64,000 nucleotides of DNA from the human T2T-CHM13v2.0 reference genome, Homo sapiens. The notes under the pieces are model-generated. The model did not search any database and had not been told where the DNA came from. It worked only from the letters and a program-made list of their open reading frames with translations. Both the position numbers and the translations under genes were made by a program. The DNA is taken from the NCBI RefSeq assembly GCF_009914755.1, contig NC_060937.1. One strand, written 5' to 3'. Of this stretch, positions 46,143 through 60,300 are shown piece after piece. Numbering within the stretch: position 1 is the first letter of the stretch; each line of letters starts with the position of its first letter.

Positions 46143-46192
46143 TAGTTCCTTCTTCAGTGGTCCTTATTAGTTCCTTCTTCAGTGGTCCTTAT
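46143..46192. repeat. Perfect 2 x 25-bp tandem duplication
   Basis: TAGTTCCTTCTTCAGTGGTCCTTAT twice. Confidence 0.95.
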
Positions 46193-47519
46193 CACTTCTT
46201 TGTGGCAGAGCAAGACAGGAGGAAAAAGGGTTTCAAAATCAAACAAGTTTGGGGCATGTGAAATCAATTCTATTTTTCAGAGACTCACAAAGCAGGTTTG
46301 TACCTCAAAGGCCCCAGGAAGCCTCCCTCAAGAAAGCTGAATTTTATGTAGCCACCAGATATATTTTTTCCCAAGCCTATTCGAATGTTGCATTTATTAA
46401 AAAACAAAGTATCTTTCAACATTCCAGTTCTGGAAATGCTTCCTTGCATCACTGGAAAAATGGAAAGATGTCTTCCATGAAGAGAAGGGACCCCCAAAGT
46501 AAGCCGTGTAAAAGGATGAAAAGTCATCAGGCAAAAACAAACTAAGAAATACTTTAAGGAATTTATGAACTTCCAAAACAAAAATAAAAAATTTGTTAAG
46601 GTAATCAGTGTTAGCACTCTGGCTAGAGAATCAAGGCTACCTCTTGATACTCACTGTTAAAGAAGTAAACTCAAGGGGGAAATGTGGTGAGAGGGCTTAA
46701 TGTATTATTTTCTCCCTAGTAAGGACAATTTGGGGGATATTCCTGCTACAAAATTGTCTTTCAAAGCGGAGGTCTTATAAGTGATTAGATCAAAAAGGTT
46801 TTTTTTTGTTTGTTTGTTTTAAAAAACAAAACAAAACAGCATACTCTAGGCCTGATTGACAAACTACATATGAATCATCAGAGCTAGCTAACCACATCCT
46901 GAGAACTAGAAGGCACTCAAGGGCAAGGTGAGGACCTACAAGCCAATGGAAAACCCTCTTCGTTACAGGGCAGGGGATTAGCCAATGTAAGTTTCATCAC
47001 TAGAAACATCCTAGTGGACCTTTTTGGTCATTCTAGCCTGGTGAGTGGGCAATTTGTCTAACATGGAGACAAAAAAAAAGGCAAGGTAATTTAAGGAGAA
47101 ATGATAACTGGTCAACCCATTAGAGTGTTACAGAAGTAGAGGGGCAGATTAATATGTGGACAAAATAGACCTGACAGAAGTCTTAAAGTCCCATTATGAG
47201 CTTTTTCCAAGGTTGTATACAACAAGGTCTTTAAATTTGCTCTTTACACGTTTTAGGAAGACATTATTTAGAAACGAGACAAAGATCAGGGATAAACACA
47301 TATATTTTAGGAGAAAGATTCATTGACATTGAGGCCTCCAGGGATTCATGCAGGACATATCATATGTTCTATTGCTAAAAATAATACAGAAAGAAAGTGC
47401 ACAGTGAAATCTTCAACCTTGCATTTGATACTAAAACTTTCAAGGTTAAATACTGATTTTAAGGTAATTACAACAAAATCCTTCAAGGGTTTAAACGGGC
47501 AAAAGGGAAAATTAAAATG

Positions 47520-47700
47520 AAGTCATTTAGCAAGCACTTATTGAGTGCCTATTATTTATGAAGTATTGCTAAAGTTGATTTGGGGGCACTAGGAGATAAG
47601 ATATAGTCTCTGATCTCATAGAGGGTCACGATCTGCTAGTGGACGTAAATCTATACACAAGAAATTCTGAGAGTGCATGAAGAGCTTAGTGATATTGCTG
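47520..47700 (-). mobile_element. L2 3' end
   Basis: tcatttagcaagcacttattgagtgccta...gataagatatagtctctgatctcatagag. Confidence 0.7.
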
Positions 47701-47904
47701 GAATTTTGGACTGATTTGACTGTAGACTGCATGTGGAAAGAGCCAATGTAAAGATTATGAAACAGAATGTTCATGTTGTTACCGGAAGGGCTGATTTAAA
47801 ATAACATTTCCAAGTGGCCATTTTCTGAAAAGGAAAACCATAGTAACAATCTTTTTTTTAGCCAACTTCCTAAGAAGTTACCAGGAGCCACAGAAGGTTT
47901 ATAA

Positions 47905-48043
47905 TCCTGTAAGTTACTCACAACCTTGATGCATATTAGACTCACCTGGGTGCTTAAAAAATCAAGCGAGGCATAGATATTGGAACTCAGCCCAGAGATT
48001 TTTATTTGATTGGCCTGGGGTGGGGCCTTGGCTCTAAATCTTA
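47905..48043. mobile_element. MER5-like hAT-Charlie MITE fragment
   Basis: tgcatattagactcacctggg...cccagagatt...attggcctggggtggggcc. Confidence 0.65.
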
Positions 48044-48141
48044 AATACCATCCCACAAGAAGGTAATAGCCACTCCACTATAAATATAAATATCCACTCC
48101 ATTATAGTGGAGTGGATATTACCTTCTTGTGGGGTGGTATT
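48044..48141. repeat. Inverted repeat: 40-bp arms (38/40 identical), 18-nt spacer
   Basis: 48044-48083 aataccatcccacaagaaggtaatagccactccactataa versus the reverse complement of 48102-48141. Confidence 0.95.
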
Positions 48142-48244
48142 CAGATTAAATACTACACCACATGTGAAAGCCACAGAGAGGTTCTGGCACATAATAATTA
48201 CATATTAATTATACAATAACTTCAGTCTCCTGCCCATGTGAAAG

Positions 48245-48420
48245 AGCAACGGTGAAGGGTCAAGACCCTGGACTCTGGAATGATGCCCAAGGTGTGAATC
48301 TTGGTTCTGCCAATCATAAGTTACATGACCTTGGGGAAGTTGCTTCCCTGTATCTCCAAGTCCTCATCTGTAAAATGATAGCAATAATTATTACGAGGAT
48401 CTATAAAACTGAGGGTTATA
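48245..48420 (+). mobile_element. MIR (resumes about 48960-49000 after the L1MC)
   Basis: ggactctggaa...gtgaatcttggttctgcca...tgaccttggggaagtt...tcctcatctgtaaaatg. Confidence 0.8.
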
Positions 48421-48960
48421 TGTGTCTGGCTAAAAAGCACATAGCCCTCATCTAATCATAAGGAAACATCAGGTAAAACACCCTACAAGACACCACATGT
48501 GTACACTTCATAAATTTCAATATCACAAAATAAAATAGAAAGATACAGGAAATGTCTAAGATTAAGGAGAACTAAAGATACATAACAACTGAATGCAATA
48601 AATGTTCTTGAATTTTCTTTTGCTATTAAAGATATTATTGTGATAATTAGCAATTTCTAAATAAGGTCTGCATTAAATAATAGTGTTATCATAATTTTAA
48701 TTCCCTGATTTTGGTAACTGTACTATGCTTATGTAAATTAATTCTTGTTTTTAGGAAATATGCCTGAAGTATTTAGAAATAAAGGAATATTCTATCTGCA
48801 GCTTATTCTGAGAGACAGAGGCAGAGAGAGTAAAGCAACTATAGTAAAATATGAACATTTGGGAAGTCTGGATGAGGGACATCCAGAGATACGTTGTGCT
48901 ATTCTCACAACTTTCCCGCACATCTGAAGTTATATCAAAATAAAGAATTATTTAAAAATT
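48420..48960 (+). mobile_element. L1MC (L1MC4-like) 3' end
   Basis: atctaatcataaggaaacatcag; taacaactgaatgcaat; ttccctgattttggtaactgtact; gaagttatatcaaaataaa. Confidence 0.8.
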
Positions 48961-49549
48961 AAGTTCCTGGTCCTAGCACATATTAAGCACTACATGAGAG
49001 ACAGATAAATATGCATGTGCCAAGGAGGATGAAGGAAATGCATCAAGGTGAGACAGCCCACGTGAGTGGAGCTCTGCTGAGATACAGTGCACTGGAATTA
49101 ATCATGCATCTCTCTGTAGACACCGTTCTAGGCACTGCACAGAAACTGTATCTTTGATTTGACTCATTTTTCTTTAAGGAAAGAGCAATTTCTTCTGCCT
49201 TTTCAACTCATACCCCACAGTCTCCAGTAAATGTTCTACGAGCTCTTGGGAAGTAAATAGGGGTCCCACTGGGGTCTGAGGCCTGGGAGGCTGATGGGTC
49301 TGGGGCCCTAGAGGTTGTCTCAGATAGAACTGGGTAAATAATCAAGTCCACAAGCTTAGCCAGCTGACGACAATAGGCTAAGGACGCAATGGAGGAGATT
49401 TCAGAGCCCAGATCTGATGGCAATGGGGAGGTAATCAGAGGAGAGAGAGGACCACGGTGAGCGAGTCCCAGCAACCGGATAGACATTAGCCCCCTTAGCT
49501 TCCCAAACATTTGCCAGTTATTTGTTTGTTTCCTTCTTTGTGGGGGTGT

Positions 49550-50200
49550 AATTTTATTCTTAAAAGTACTGTTGTAAAAAGTACTGTACAAAGAAATACT
49601 TTCTCTTCCCCTATTAGTGGACAGCCTTCTAGTTCTTGCTTCATGCATATTCACACATATAGATCTATGTGTACAAAGTGACATACATTGACTAATATCA
49701 TACATACCATACAGCAACTCTCACTCGCCCGTATGACATGGACAGAACTCCTCAGCATAAGCATAGACTAATAGCATGATTTCTGTCGGCTACGTGGTTG
49801 CATTGGTGGATGTGCCTCATTTATTCAACCAGTCCCACACTGAGAGATATTTAGGTTGCTTCAGCTGTGTGATAATTTCTGAGAATCCCAGGGGTAAATA
49901 GGCTTGGGCATATATCTTTTGGTCCTCATGTGATCATCTGATTTAGGAAGTTTCTGCAATTAACTGGGTAAAGGAGCTGGACATTCTAAAAGCTCTTCTG
50001 TTTCCCGGCATCAATCTTCCTTCTATTAATATATTTACATCCCCACCCACAGGGAGAGTGTTTGTGTCCTCAAGCCTGTGGCAAAACATTGTTCCTCAGC
50101 CTTCTGATTCTTTGCCAACTTACTAAGGAAGAAATGGAATTTCACAGCCTTAATTTGCATTTCTTTTCTTATATTGAAGATAAACATATCTTACAACATT
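49550..50200 (-). mobile_element. Old L1ME-type 3' fragment
   Basis: atttattcaaccagtcccac...atatttaggttgcttc; taatttgcatttcttt...atttaatagccat. Confidence 0.6.
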
Positions 50201-50419
50201 TAATAGCCATGAACCTTAAAGCACTCACTGTTTTGAAGGCAGAAGTCTTAATCAAAATGATGTCTCTTTAAACTTTCAAAAGCTTATATGCTTTACACTT
50301 TCCAGCCTTCAGCATTACTTCCCCTTACCTTTCTTTCAATATGTGAGTGAATTACTCCCCGTCGCCTTTCTTTTAATATGTGAGTATGTGTGTGTCTGAA
50401 GCAATCTAGAAACCACTAT

Positions 50420-50630
50420 TTGAAACACAGAATTTAGAGCCAGACTATCCAAGTGTGAATATTGGCTCTGGAATGTACTATATATAAATTGGCCTCTGTT
50501 TTCCCATCTATCAAGTAGGCATAATAGTACTTAGCTTCTGTGATTATTGTGTGGATTAGAGTAAATTTATGTGAAGTGTTTGGAGCTGTGTCATGCAGAT
50601 AGTAAGTCCCTTAAACATGTAGAACTTAAT
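50420..50630 (+). mobile_element. MIR
   Basis: tagagccagact...gcctctgttttcccatcta...ataatagtactta...ttgtgtggattaga. Confidence 0.75.
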
Positions 50631-52246
50631 ACTTTCCCATAGCGGTTTTAAAAGAAAGATTTTGTTCTTACGTCTCAGTAAAGTAAAGAATGTGCCAACA
50701 TAATATAGGGTTTTGTTATTAAATTTTTTTTTATCCCAGTATAAAAACCACACTGACCTTTTTTTTTTTTTTTTAAAGAATTCTGAGAAAGTAGGATTGG
50801 GCAAAATCTCAGATAAATCTGTGCAAAGAAACACCACATCAGTAAGAGCCTATTTGCTAATTCTAGTAGGATAAAACAAAAAACCCTCACTACACTCACA
50901 AATAAACTATGACACTTTTATTATTAAAGATAACAGCCTCATTGGCTTATGGCTAGCAGGTTATATTGAGCTGTCATTTCTTTGAGTACAAAGAGGAAAG
51001 AAGAATTATTATGCTACTAATTGGTGGGGATTGTTTTCTACACCAAGGTCATTTTTTTCTATTTAAAATTATTTACATTTCTTTAACTTCATCTCAAAGC
51101 AATACGGCAGCTTCCAATCATGTTTGTATTGATAAAAAGCATTTTCATCTGAAGGTTTACACAAAAGTGGAATCCTTGTGACCCAGAAAAGATAAGGGTC
51201 TTGTTGGTGAAGCTACCCAAAAATTGAGACCCCTGAAAAGAGTAGATTTGCCCTCATTCCAGAAGTGAATACTGCCCTCTGGTAATGTACAGCACTGACA
51301 TGCATTGGTATAGCCTATTGGAAAGTGACTGTTCTGACCAAATGGGGTCCCTGCCATATTGCACTGAGCACCAGAGCCTGTGAGAGAGGAGTCAAAGAAC
51401 AGCAAGGAAAGAAAAAAAGACAATGAGATGGGAGGAAAGGTGGATGAAAAACGAGGCCAAAGGTGCATTCAACTTTCCATGGACAGCAGAGAAGATGAAA
51501 GGAGCAAAGGGCAAGGAGGCAGATACACAGTGCGAACATCTGGGAGAAGCAAGGGTCATTGCAAAAATCCACCGGCAGCTGAAGGTAGACAAAAGAGGCC
51601 ACATTTCTGTGCTTAAATATATGTATCCTCTTTTGGTCTCAGGAAAGATCTATCTGTCCCGTGGTGAGATTGCAGGACCCACCCTTATAAATAGACTTCT
51701 TTTAAAATAGGTATGTTAAGCTTAAGTAAAATATTTGAAGTGAGCTTTTTGTTTTTCTTTCTAATAAAAATACACTTTATTGAAATAAAATGAAAATTTC
51801 ATATGATAAAAAATACCTTTGATGGAATATTTTAATTAAGGAGCCTTGGAAATGGCCTCTTTGCATGTATCAGTAGTGAATCTAAGTATAAATGTGTTTG
51901 CTGGGAAATGAGCTTAGTAGCAGTTGTAAGATATTAAATTTCTTTCAGAATCAATAATTCTTCCTATATATACATTTTAAAATTTTATTCACCTTAAGGC
52001 AATTTAGGCATCATAAATTTAAACAGTGTACACAGACTAAGTTTTTAGGAAACCTACAGAATTTACTTGCAGAGGTTATAGAAAATATTGTATAATTTAA
52101 AAGTTGAGATTTTGAAACATGTTGAAATCTCTTATTTTTTAATATTGCTACAGTTTACTATTCTCTTCTCTAGCCCCATCTATGAAAGCTTAGAAGACAG
52201 CATTTTATCTTTATTTAGCAAACATTGAGCTAAGTATTATACTTTG

Positions 52247-52632
52247 TGTTATAGACTGAAAGGTGCACACTCCTCTGTCCCCAGTTCTTATGCTGAAGCC
52301 CTAACCCTTAATGTGACTCAATTTGGACATAGGCCATTAGGAGGTAATTAAGGTTAAATGAGGTCATAAGGGTAGAGCCCTAATTCAATAGAGGTGCTGT
52401 CTTTACAAGAAGAGGAAGACGCAGGAGCATGTGCATGCAGAGGAGAGGCCATATGCGGACGCAGTGAGATGATGGCCATCTGTAAGCCAAGGAGAGAGGC
52501 CCCACTAGAACCCAACCCTGTCAACATCTTGATCTTGGACTTCCAATGAAGAACTACGAGAACATAAATTTCTGTTGGTCAAGCCCCGCAGTCCGCGGCA
52601 TTCCATTATGGCAGCCCTAGTTGACCAATACA
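52247..52632 (+). mobile_element. MLT1A-like solo LTR
   Basis: TGTTATagactgaa...ggaggtaattaaggttaaatgaggtcataagggt...ttatggcagccctagttgaccaataCA. Confidence 0.88.
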
Positions 52633-53685
52633 CGTTGATTTAACCAAAACAAACAGCCACTCCTCCCAGGAACTAACGATACTAGATAAAGTCATTATTT
52701 TTCTATTCTTTGGCATAACAGGAAGAAATTTACACGTGCAAATACATCCTTTAATGAAAAGTTCTTATTCATTTTCTAACTGGCTATGTGGGTGAGAATC
52801 TGCTTTCATTTTGAAAGACAGCATAAGAGATGGCAGAGGAAAATCAAAGGAGGTATCAACAAAGATGGGTGACTCCAAGGGCTAGGGAGAAACAGAAAGA
52901 AGCAAAAGAGAATGTTACCAAGAGGCTGCAGATTAGAAGTGAAGAGAAGAAGCTGTGCTCCAGAGGCCTCTCTGGGCTGGCTTGTTCTAGGTATTGCCTC
53001 TGCTGTTTCCATTGCAGGTCCTATGGGGTGCAGAGCGGGTTCCAGCCAACTGACATGGAGTCAGAGTTTCCTCTGACTTTAAAGACTTCCCAATACAACC
53101 CTCTCATTTTATTTGTAAGAAAATCTTGACCCTGAGAGTACCTGGGCTAGGGTACTCTTCACTGAAAAGCTGTCTAACCTTTTCAAGCCTCAGTTTACTC
53201 AGCTATGATAAAAGCATAATAATAAGTAACTTATAATATCATCATGAGGATTTAATGTAATTAAATGTGTAAAGTGGCTAGCATATAGTCACAATAAATT
53301 TTAATTGATGCATAAGTTCACCCAGATATTTATGGATAGCACGGTATAAAAGGATAATTTGCATTTTAACAGATGAAATATTGGGAGAATTAATACATAA
53401 AAGTAACTCGTGACACAATGGTCCAGAAATATCTGGAAAGAATGAAAAGCGTAACTTTCCCATTCCTCATTGAATCAGAACGAGTAAAGGCCATGCTGGA
53501 GGAACACTGGGATAGCCAGAATTCTGCTGGAGAATAGGAAAGAGTCTGTTTAACAGCAATTTAGGTACACAAACTAAAGGCATTGTACATGTGAAAGAAG
53601 GAGAAATGGGGAAAAAATGGGCTCGGAGCTAGGCTGATTAAACAGTTATTACAGGGGTGAGAGGTGAGGGTTAAGGAGCTATGGA

Positions 53686-53855
53686 TTAGCCAGCTGTGGT
53701 GGTGTGCCCTTGTATCCTAGCTACTCAGGAGACTGAGGCAGGAGGATTTCTTGAGCCCAGGAGATCAAGGCTGCAGTGAAATATGATCCTGCCACTGTAC
53801 TCCAGTCTCGGAGACAGAACAAAACTTTATCTCAAACAAACAAAAAACAAAAAAA
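53686..53855 (+). mobile_element. Alu right monomer (FRAM/AluJ)
   Basis: ggaggatttcttgagcccaggag...aggctgcagtga; A-rich tail. Confidence 0.88.
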
Positions 53856-54275
<420 letters not shown>

Positions 54276-54464
54276 TCAAAGATTATTTAAGCTTCATTTA
54301 AGGTTCAATGTTGATTAACTTAACTTTCATAAAGAATCTGCACTCAATCTGGAACTAGAGAAAAGGTTTAGGGCTGGCTCTCATATAATCCTCCCATATT
54401 AAAGCCACTTGCTCAGCATAATAATTAAAGAGTTGGAATCCCAGTTTCATAGAATAAAGGGTAT

Positions 54465-54600
54465 ATTATTCATTTATTTATTCATGCATTAATTCCAGCA
54501 GCATTTATTAGTCAACTACTACTTGCCAAACGAGGTGCTAAGGGAAGACAATAAAACTGCACAGAAAACACATTCATTTCCTTCAATGACCTGCCCCCTC
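54465..54600 (-). mobile_element. L2 3' end
   Basis: attcatttatttattcatgc...gcatttattagtcaactactacttgcca...gtgctaa. Confidence 0.65.
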
Positions 54601-54671
54601 TGCAGGGGACACCAACATTTGTAACCCAGTCTCAGTTTTCAATCCCTCAACATGGGCTGTTTTGGAAGAGG

Positions 54672-55080
54672 GTGTATTAGTTGGGATGTAGGTTCATGTA
54701 TAAGCAAGTCAGAAACTTACTTGTTTTTATGCAATAGTTGGAGTTAGACAATCCAGAGTAGAAATGACAGTTCTGCTCCATGAGTCACCTGGGAAACTAG
54801 GATTCCTATATGCTAACTTAACACCATCACTTGGAGGTTAAATTATGTCACATTGTACATAGCAAGATGAGAAGAGAGGGAAAGGAACAGCACTGTCTAT
54901 TGCAGAACACATCTAGGAAACTGAACACACAACTTGTGCTCACAATTCACTTACCATAATTGAATCCCATGGCCATGCCTAGCTGCAAGGGAGGCTGGAA
55001 GAGTAGGGACACCATGTGCCCAGCCAAAGATCAGGGTTCTCTGACTGAACAAGAGGAGCCAGTAGCAGTCTCTACAACAC
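54672..55080 (-). mobile_element. Old MaLR LTR (MLT1J-like)
   Basis: tgtattagttggga start; catggccatgcctagctgcaagggaggctggaa; catgtgcccagc; gcagtctctacaaCA. Confidence 0.75.
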
Positions 55081-55127
55081 ACAGCAGAAAATATATTAAA
55101 GTGCTTACTACATCTGACTTTCCCTAA

Positions 55128-55453
<326 letters not shown>

Positions 55454-55842
55454 AACACCCAAGATTTTAAGCCCTTCCCAAACGTCTTGCAGCTGCTAAC
55501 CTTGTTCTGCTGCTCCCTGCCCACCTCCCTTGCAAAGAAGATGCCGCTACAGAGCAGATCTCCTCCTGATCTTTTGGGAAGCCCTGCTCCTCCAGCAAAG
55601 GAGTCAGTCTGGTTGTCTCATTCCTCTCTGGGCTTATTGGTTTACCTGTGCAGACAATGTAATAGGACACTCTAGTCCAAGAACCACATTTCACTGAGTC
55701 TGAGTTAGAGAGCATGCTAGTGGAGATGGTGCTCAAAAAGGAGAATCAGAGTGGCCATTGGCACACCTTGGGGGTGTCCATGACCAAGTGTGACACATTG
55801 CCTCAATGTGACACATTTGAGTGTCCACCTAATGGCTCATTC

Positions 55843-55843
55843 C

Positions 55844-55942
<99 letters not shown>
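55843..55942. repeat. Compound (CT)n(CA)n(CT)n microsatellite; (TG)n also at 56617-56650
   Basis: Direct reading. Confidence 0.95.
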
Positions 55943-56834
55943 ATACAATTCTTCCAAGGACAAACCTGAACTATTAAAGACTAAATAGCCTACACTGAGA
56001 GTCACAAACATGAGTGCTTCTTGAGGGAAGCACACCAAGTGTGAAGCAGACTAGACAATGAGTGTAACAAGCCCTGTCCTAATGGGGAAGCCAGCACTCA
56101 GCTCTGGTGGATTTTGATCATATGCGTCTCATGTTTTTATCTCCTGAGTTGCTTCTATTAAGGAAGTTAAAAATTTGGGGATTTTTTAGATGACAAGTCC
56201 AGACTTTCAATATGACACCCAAGTAAAAAGTAAATGCTACATAGCAGATCTAAAGGAGTATCCAGCCCAAATCCAACCCAGGAGCCTCCCGTTGGAAACT
56301 TCTGTGGTAAGCACCGAAGGAGAGAAACATTTCCTGGGTTGACCTGGCCTTCATAGCACTAAATACCATTAGCATTTCAGTGAGTATTTAGCATTATCTT
56401 CCAGAGCAATGTGCATTTCTACCTTCATTACCCTTCTTTTAAATTGCATCTACTTGACTTAAAATGATCAGCAGGATAAATTTCCAGCTATATACCTCTT
56501 ATAGCCTCTCCCTCAGCTAAAAAGATCCTAGCAGAAGCTGTGGACTTGCCACCTGTAAAAGCCTGAATAAATTCTTGGACAAGATGCTACACTCCTTCTC
56601 AGTCTCTGGGGTATGCGTGTGTGTGTGTGTGTGTGTCTGTATGTGTGCGTGGAGGAGGGTGGTTAGTTCTGCTTTTCTCACCAGATCAGATCATTGCAGC
56701 ACAGAGCCAATCTGCCCTGGTCCAGGAGCATCCTTTGCCCACCCTGTGACATTCAGCTTGCATTTGGCTTTGTTTTAGGCCTCATATTTCTGGATTTTCC
56801 CTAGAAACCCTGACATGCTTTTCTGAGTTTGACT

Positions 56835-57130
56835 TTATTATAAGGCAATAGGAAACAGTTGAAAGTTTTTAAGCAGCGGAGTGACATTAAATAAAACGAA
56901 TCTAGAAACTGTTGAAGTTGACCTGGGAAGGATAGAAATTGAAGTCAGGGAGATCAATCTGGGTTGTTTACAATAGGATAAGTGTTGAGATACTGAAGTA
57001 GATAAGTGGCAGTGGGGAAGGAGAGATGAGAGCATAGGCAAAAATAAATGTGAAGAGTGAATCTGCAATTTTTGCAACTGTTTTTAAAAGGAGTCCTGGA
57101 TTTCAAGTCAGGGTGACTAGGATAATGATT
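56835..57130 (-). mobile_element. L2 fragment
   Basis: aaggcaataggaaacagttgaaagtttttaagcagcggagtgacat...gtggcagtggggaaggagag. Confidence 0.7.
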
Positions 57131-57188
57131 GTCACAGAAACAAACCAAATTACTAGCAATATGTGTTTGTTTGCTTATTACATTTTTA

Positions 57189-57539
<351 letters not shown>

Positions 57540-58064
57540 TTAACAACATTTTCTATTAGTCTGTAATTTTTATGTCTCTAGATTCCAACTTCATAAGCAC
57601 AGTCTGATTAATCCTCCTGTAAGCTTTGTGAGGTGGGTGGCACTAGTTTTCAGGACCAAATATACGGAAGATGGATTTTCAAAAAAATTTTAAAAATTCT
57701 TGAGCATCTCTTTCATTCTCGCTACAATCTCTTAGACTCTCAATAGCAATTAGTAGAGATCAAGCTTGGCATGTACTATGTTCCCAATTATTATCAATAG
57801 GTTCTAATTGAGAACATGTGTTCATTTCAGCTGGGATTATTGTCCGGCTGATCACAATGGGGAACATGAAAGGCAGCATCTGGCAGAGTTATTTTCTGAC
57901 ATCCACCTCTCAATCCCATCTTCCTTCATGACTGCTTTTATTCATATGTGAGCCACCAAGATAGAGGGAGATGTGCAACAGTGCTAATGTTTCTATGGGC
58001 TCATCAATGCAATCTCTACCTTGCTAGCCAAGCACCATGTACAGGTTCTTAAAGTAGGTGCTAG

Positions 58065-58550
58065 CTCCATTTATCTATTTTTCCATGACAAATCATCTCC
58101 AAATCCAGTGGCTTAAATTATTAATCTACAGTTTGGCTTGTATCCACTCCAGGCGGTATTAGCTGAGATGGCTTGGCTGGGGCTAGAGGATGCCCTTCCA
58201 AGATGACTCTCTCACATGGCTGGCAAGTAGGTTTTGGCTGTCTGATGGGATACCAGCTGAAGCTCTTGTCAAAGGTCTCCATTTGTCCTCCAGTTGGTCT
58301 CTTCATGAGCAGTTGGCTTGGGCTTTCTTACAGCAGGGACACTTGATTCCAAAAGCAGAAGTTCCAAGAGACAGAAAGTGGAAGTTACAAGTCTCTTGAG
58401 GCTCGGGTCTTCATAGGGTAACTTCCTGTTATATTTATAGCTCAGAGCAATCACAGAGCTTACCCAGATTCAAAGGGATAAGATGTAGACCACATTTTTC
58501 CAGGGGAGGAGTGTCAAAGACCCGGTGGCCAAATTTAATCTGTCGTAGCA
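58065..58550 (-). mobile_element. MaLR LTR (MLT1G/H-like)
   Basis: cttccaagatgactctctcacatggctggcaagt; gttccaagagacagaaagtggaag; cccagattcaaggg-like; gagtgtcaaaga. Confidence 0.78.
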
Positions 58551-58729
58551 CACTACAGCAGATTAAATTACACATTCTGAATGAAGGGCACTTTGGCATC
58601 TCTGAGTTCAAGAGTAATATATTAAATTGCACCACTGGCCAATAATTGAAGATTATAAATATAGTTTAAATAGATTTTTTTGTAGTCTCCGTACAACCTC
58701 TGTGTATACTGATTCTATCATTTACCTCT

Positions 58730-59050
58730 GATTTGCATTTCTCAAGTGCTGTGCTCTTTTACTCTCACTGTGAATACACTCCCCACTCTTATATCCTGGC
58801 TACCAACACTCTGAAATGCTCTCTTGAGCTCTCAAACTGAACAAAGTACCCCTTCTGGGCACCTCTATAGTTTTGGGGTGCTCCTTATCAGAAGACTTAT
58901 CACAGCATATTGGAAGCTGACTGCTAGTCTGACTTTCCCTCTAGACTGCACGGCCCCCAAAGGCAGGAAATCTTGTTCATCTGGTATCTCCAGCACAGAA
59001 GATTGCTACTGGTCAGTAGACACTCAATACATATTTGTTGAATGTTTAAT
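58730..59050 (+). mobile_element. L2 3' end
   Basis: ctagactgca...aggcaggaaatcttgttcatctggtatctccagcac...cagtagacactcaatacatatttgttgaatg. Confidence 0.8.
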
Positions 59051-59959
59051 TCACATTCTGCCCCACATTTTTGCATTCTTGGAATGCTCTGGAATTATCA
59101 TTGACTTTTGTGTGTTATTTGATACTGTTAGAACTCATCCTCAGCATCTCTATCTCTTAACTGGGGAGACTGGGATTTCTACGATGGCCAGGCTGCAAGA
59201 TGAAAGAAGTGTCGTGAAAGTGCTATGAGAGGTGACAATGAGAAAACTCAGACTGTGTTAAAGATGATTCTTTCCATGATGATTGTGTTAAGACTATATT
59301 TAGCATGGTATTTCTCCATGGTTTTCTAAGTAAAGAGAAGCTGTATAATAAGCAGCAGTGACATTAACCAAGCCTCATTCATCTCCATTGGCCCCCTGGA
59401 CATTTTGAAGCAGGATGTATAAGCCACCCTCCAAATTGATAACAGGTGTCTGATTCCAAACAAATGTCACCAATCTTGCCCTTAATGCATTACGGCAGGA
59501 CATGATGGAACATTAGTAGAGTGCAGTAGTGCACATTTGGAAAAAGAATGAACATGAAATTTGGTAACACTATCTTATCAGTTGAATTTAAAATGAATAT
59601 TAATCTTGCTTCTCTGGCAGAGGAACAGATGAATCAATGAAATATTTTACTAGATGCTGTGGGTGAGGCAGATTGTCTTCTATTTTAAACAGTGAGGAAA
59701 CATTGATCACTCCTGGAGAGGCTCTTGCTCAGTACAAAGCAACCCTGACAAGTAATTGAGGTCCTTAGGGGCTGATGTTACTACGCTTTTTATTTCTACT
59801 TCATTTAACCACAAAACATGTATTAAGCTTTAAAGATGCTACTCATTGTACACAGAAGAATATGACACAATCCCTACCCCCAAGGATCTGTGGCCAAAGA
59901 GTGGGCATGAAGGGAAAGGTGAAGGAACAACATTGAGAAGGGCAGAGTAGATGGCATGT

Positions 59960-60300
59960 GGGTCTGGAACCAGAGAGATCTGGAAGCTTCACCTCGTATC
60001 CTTAAGTCCTTGCATGAGTTATGTAAATTCAGCCTCAGTTTTCTCATCTGCAAAATAATGTTGATTACAAGCCTACCTACCTGCGGAAGTTTATGGGAAG
60101 GATTAATTTACATAAGAAGTGTGGAGCTGTAAGCTCCATGAACGTGAGGGGTAAATCCCTGTCTATTTTATTGTGCTAACCACTGTAGCACAGAGCACAC
60201 TGCAGGTGATCAGTGATTATTTGGTGACTGGATTGAATGAAGGTGCCTAAGCACTGTACTTGGCACATATTAACCATTCAATAAATGTTCACCATTAAGA
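59960..60300 (+). mobile_element. MIR interrupted by an L2 3' tip (about 60120-60241)
   Basis: agcctcagttttctcatctgcaaaat core; ctgtaagctccatga...tggattgaatgaa insert; tggcacatattaaccattcaataaatgt tail. Confidence 0.7.

Noticed and set aside
49208-49717. 169-aa minus-strand ORF
   Set aside because: Starts inside an old L1 fragment, has no recognisable domain and no convincing splice context.
51157-51710. Cluster of overlapping 70-100-aa ORFs in purine-rich unique DNA
   Set aside because: Composition-driven, with no homology I recognise and no clear exon boundaries.
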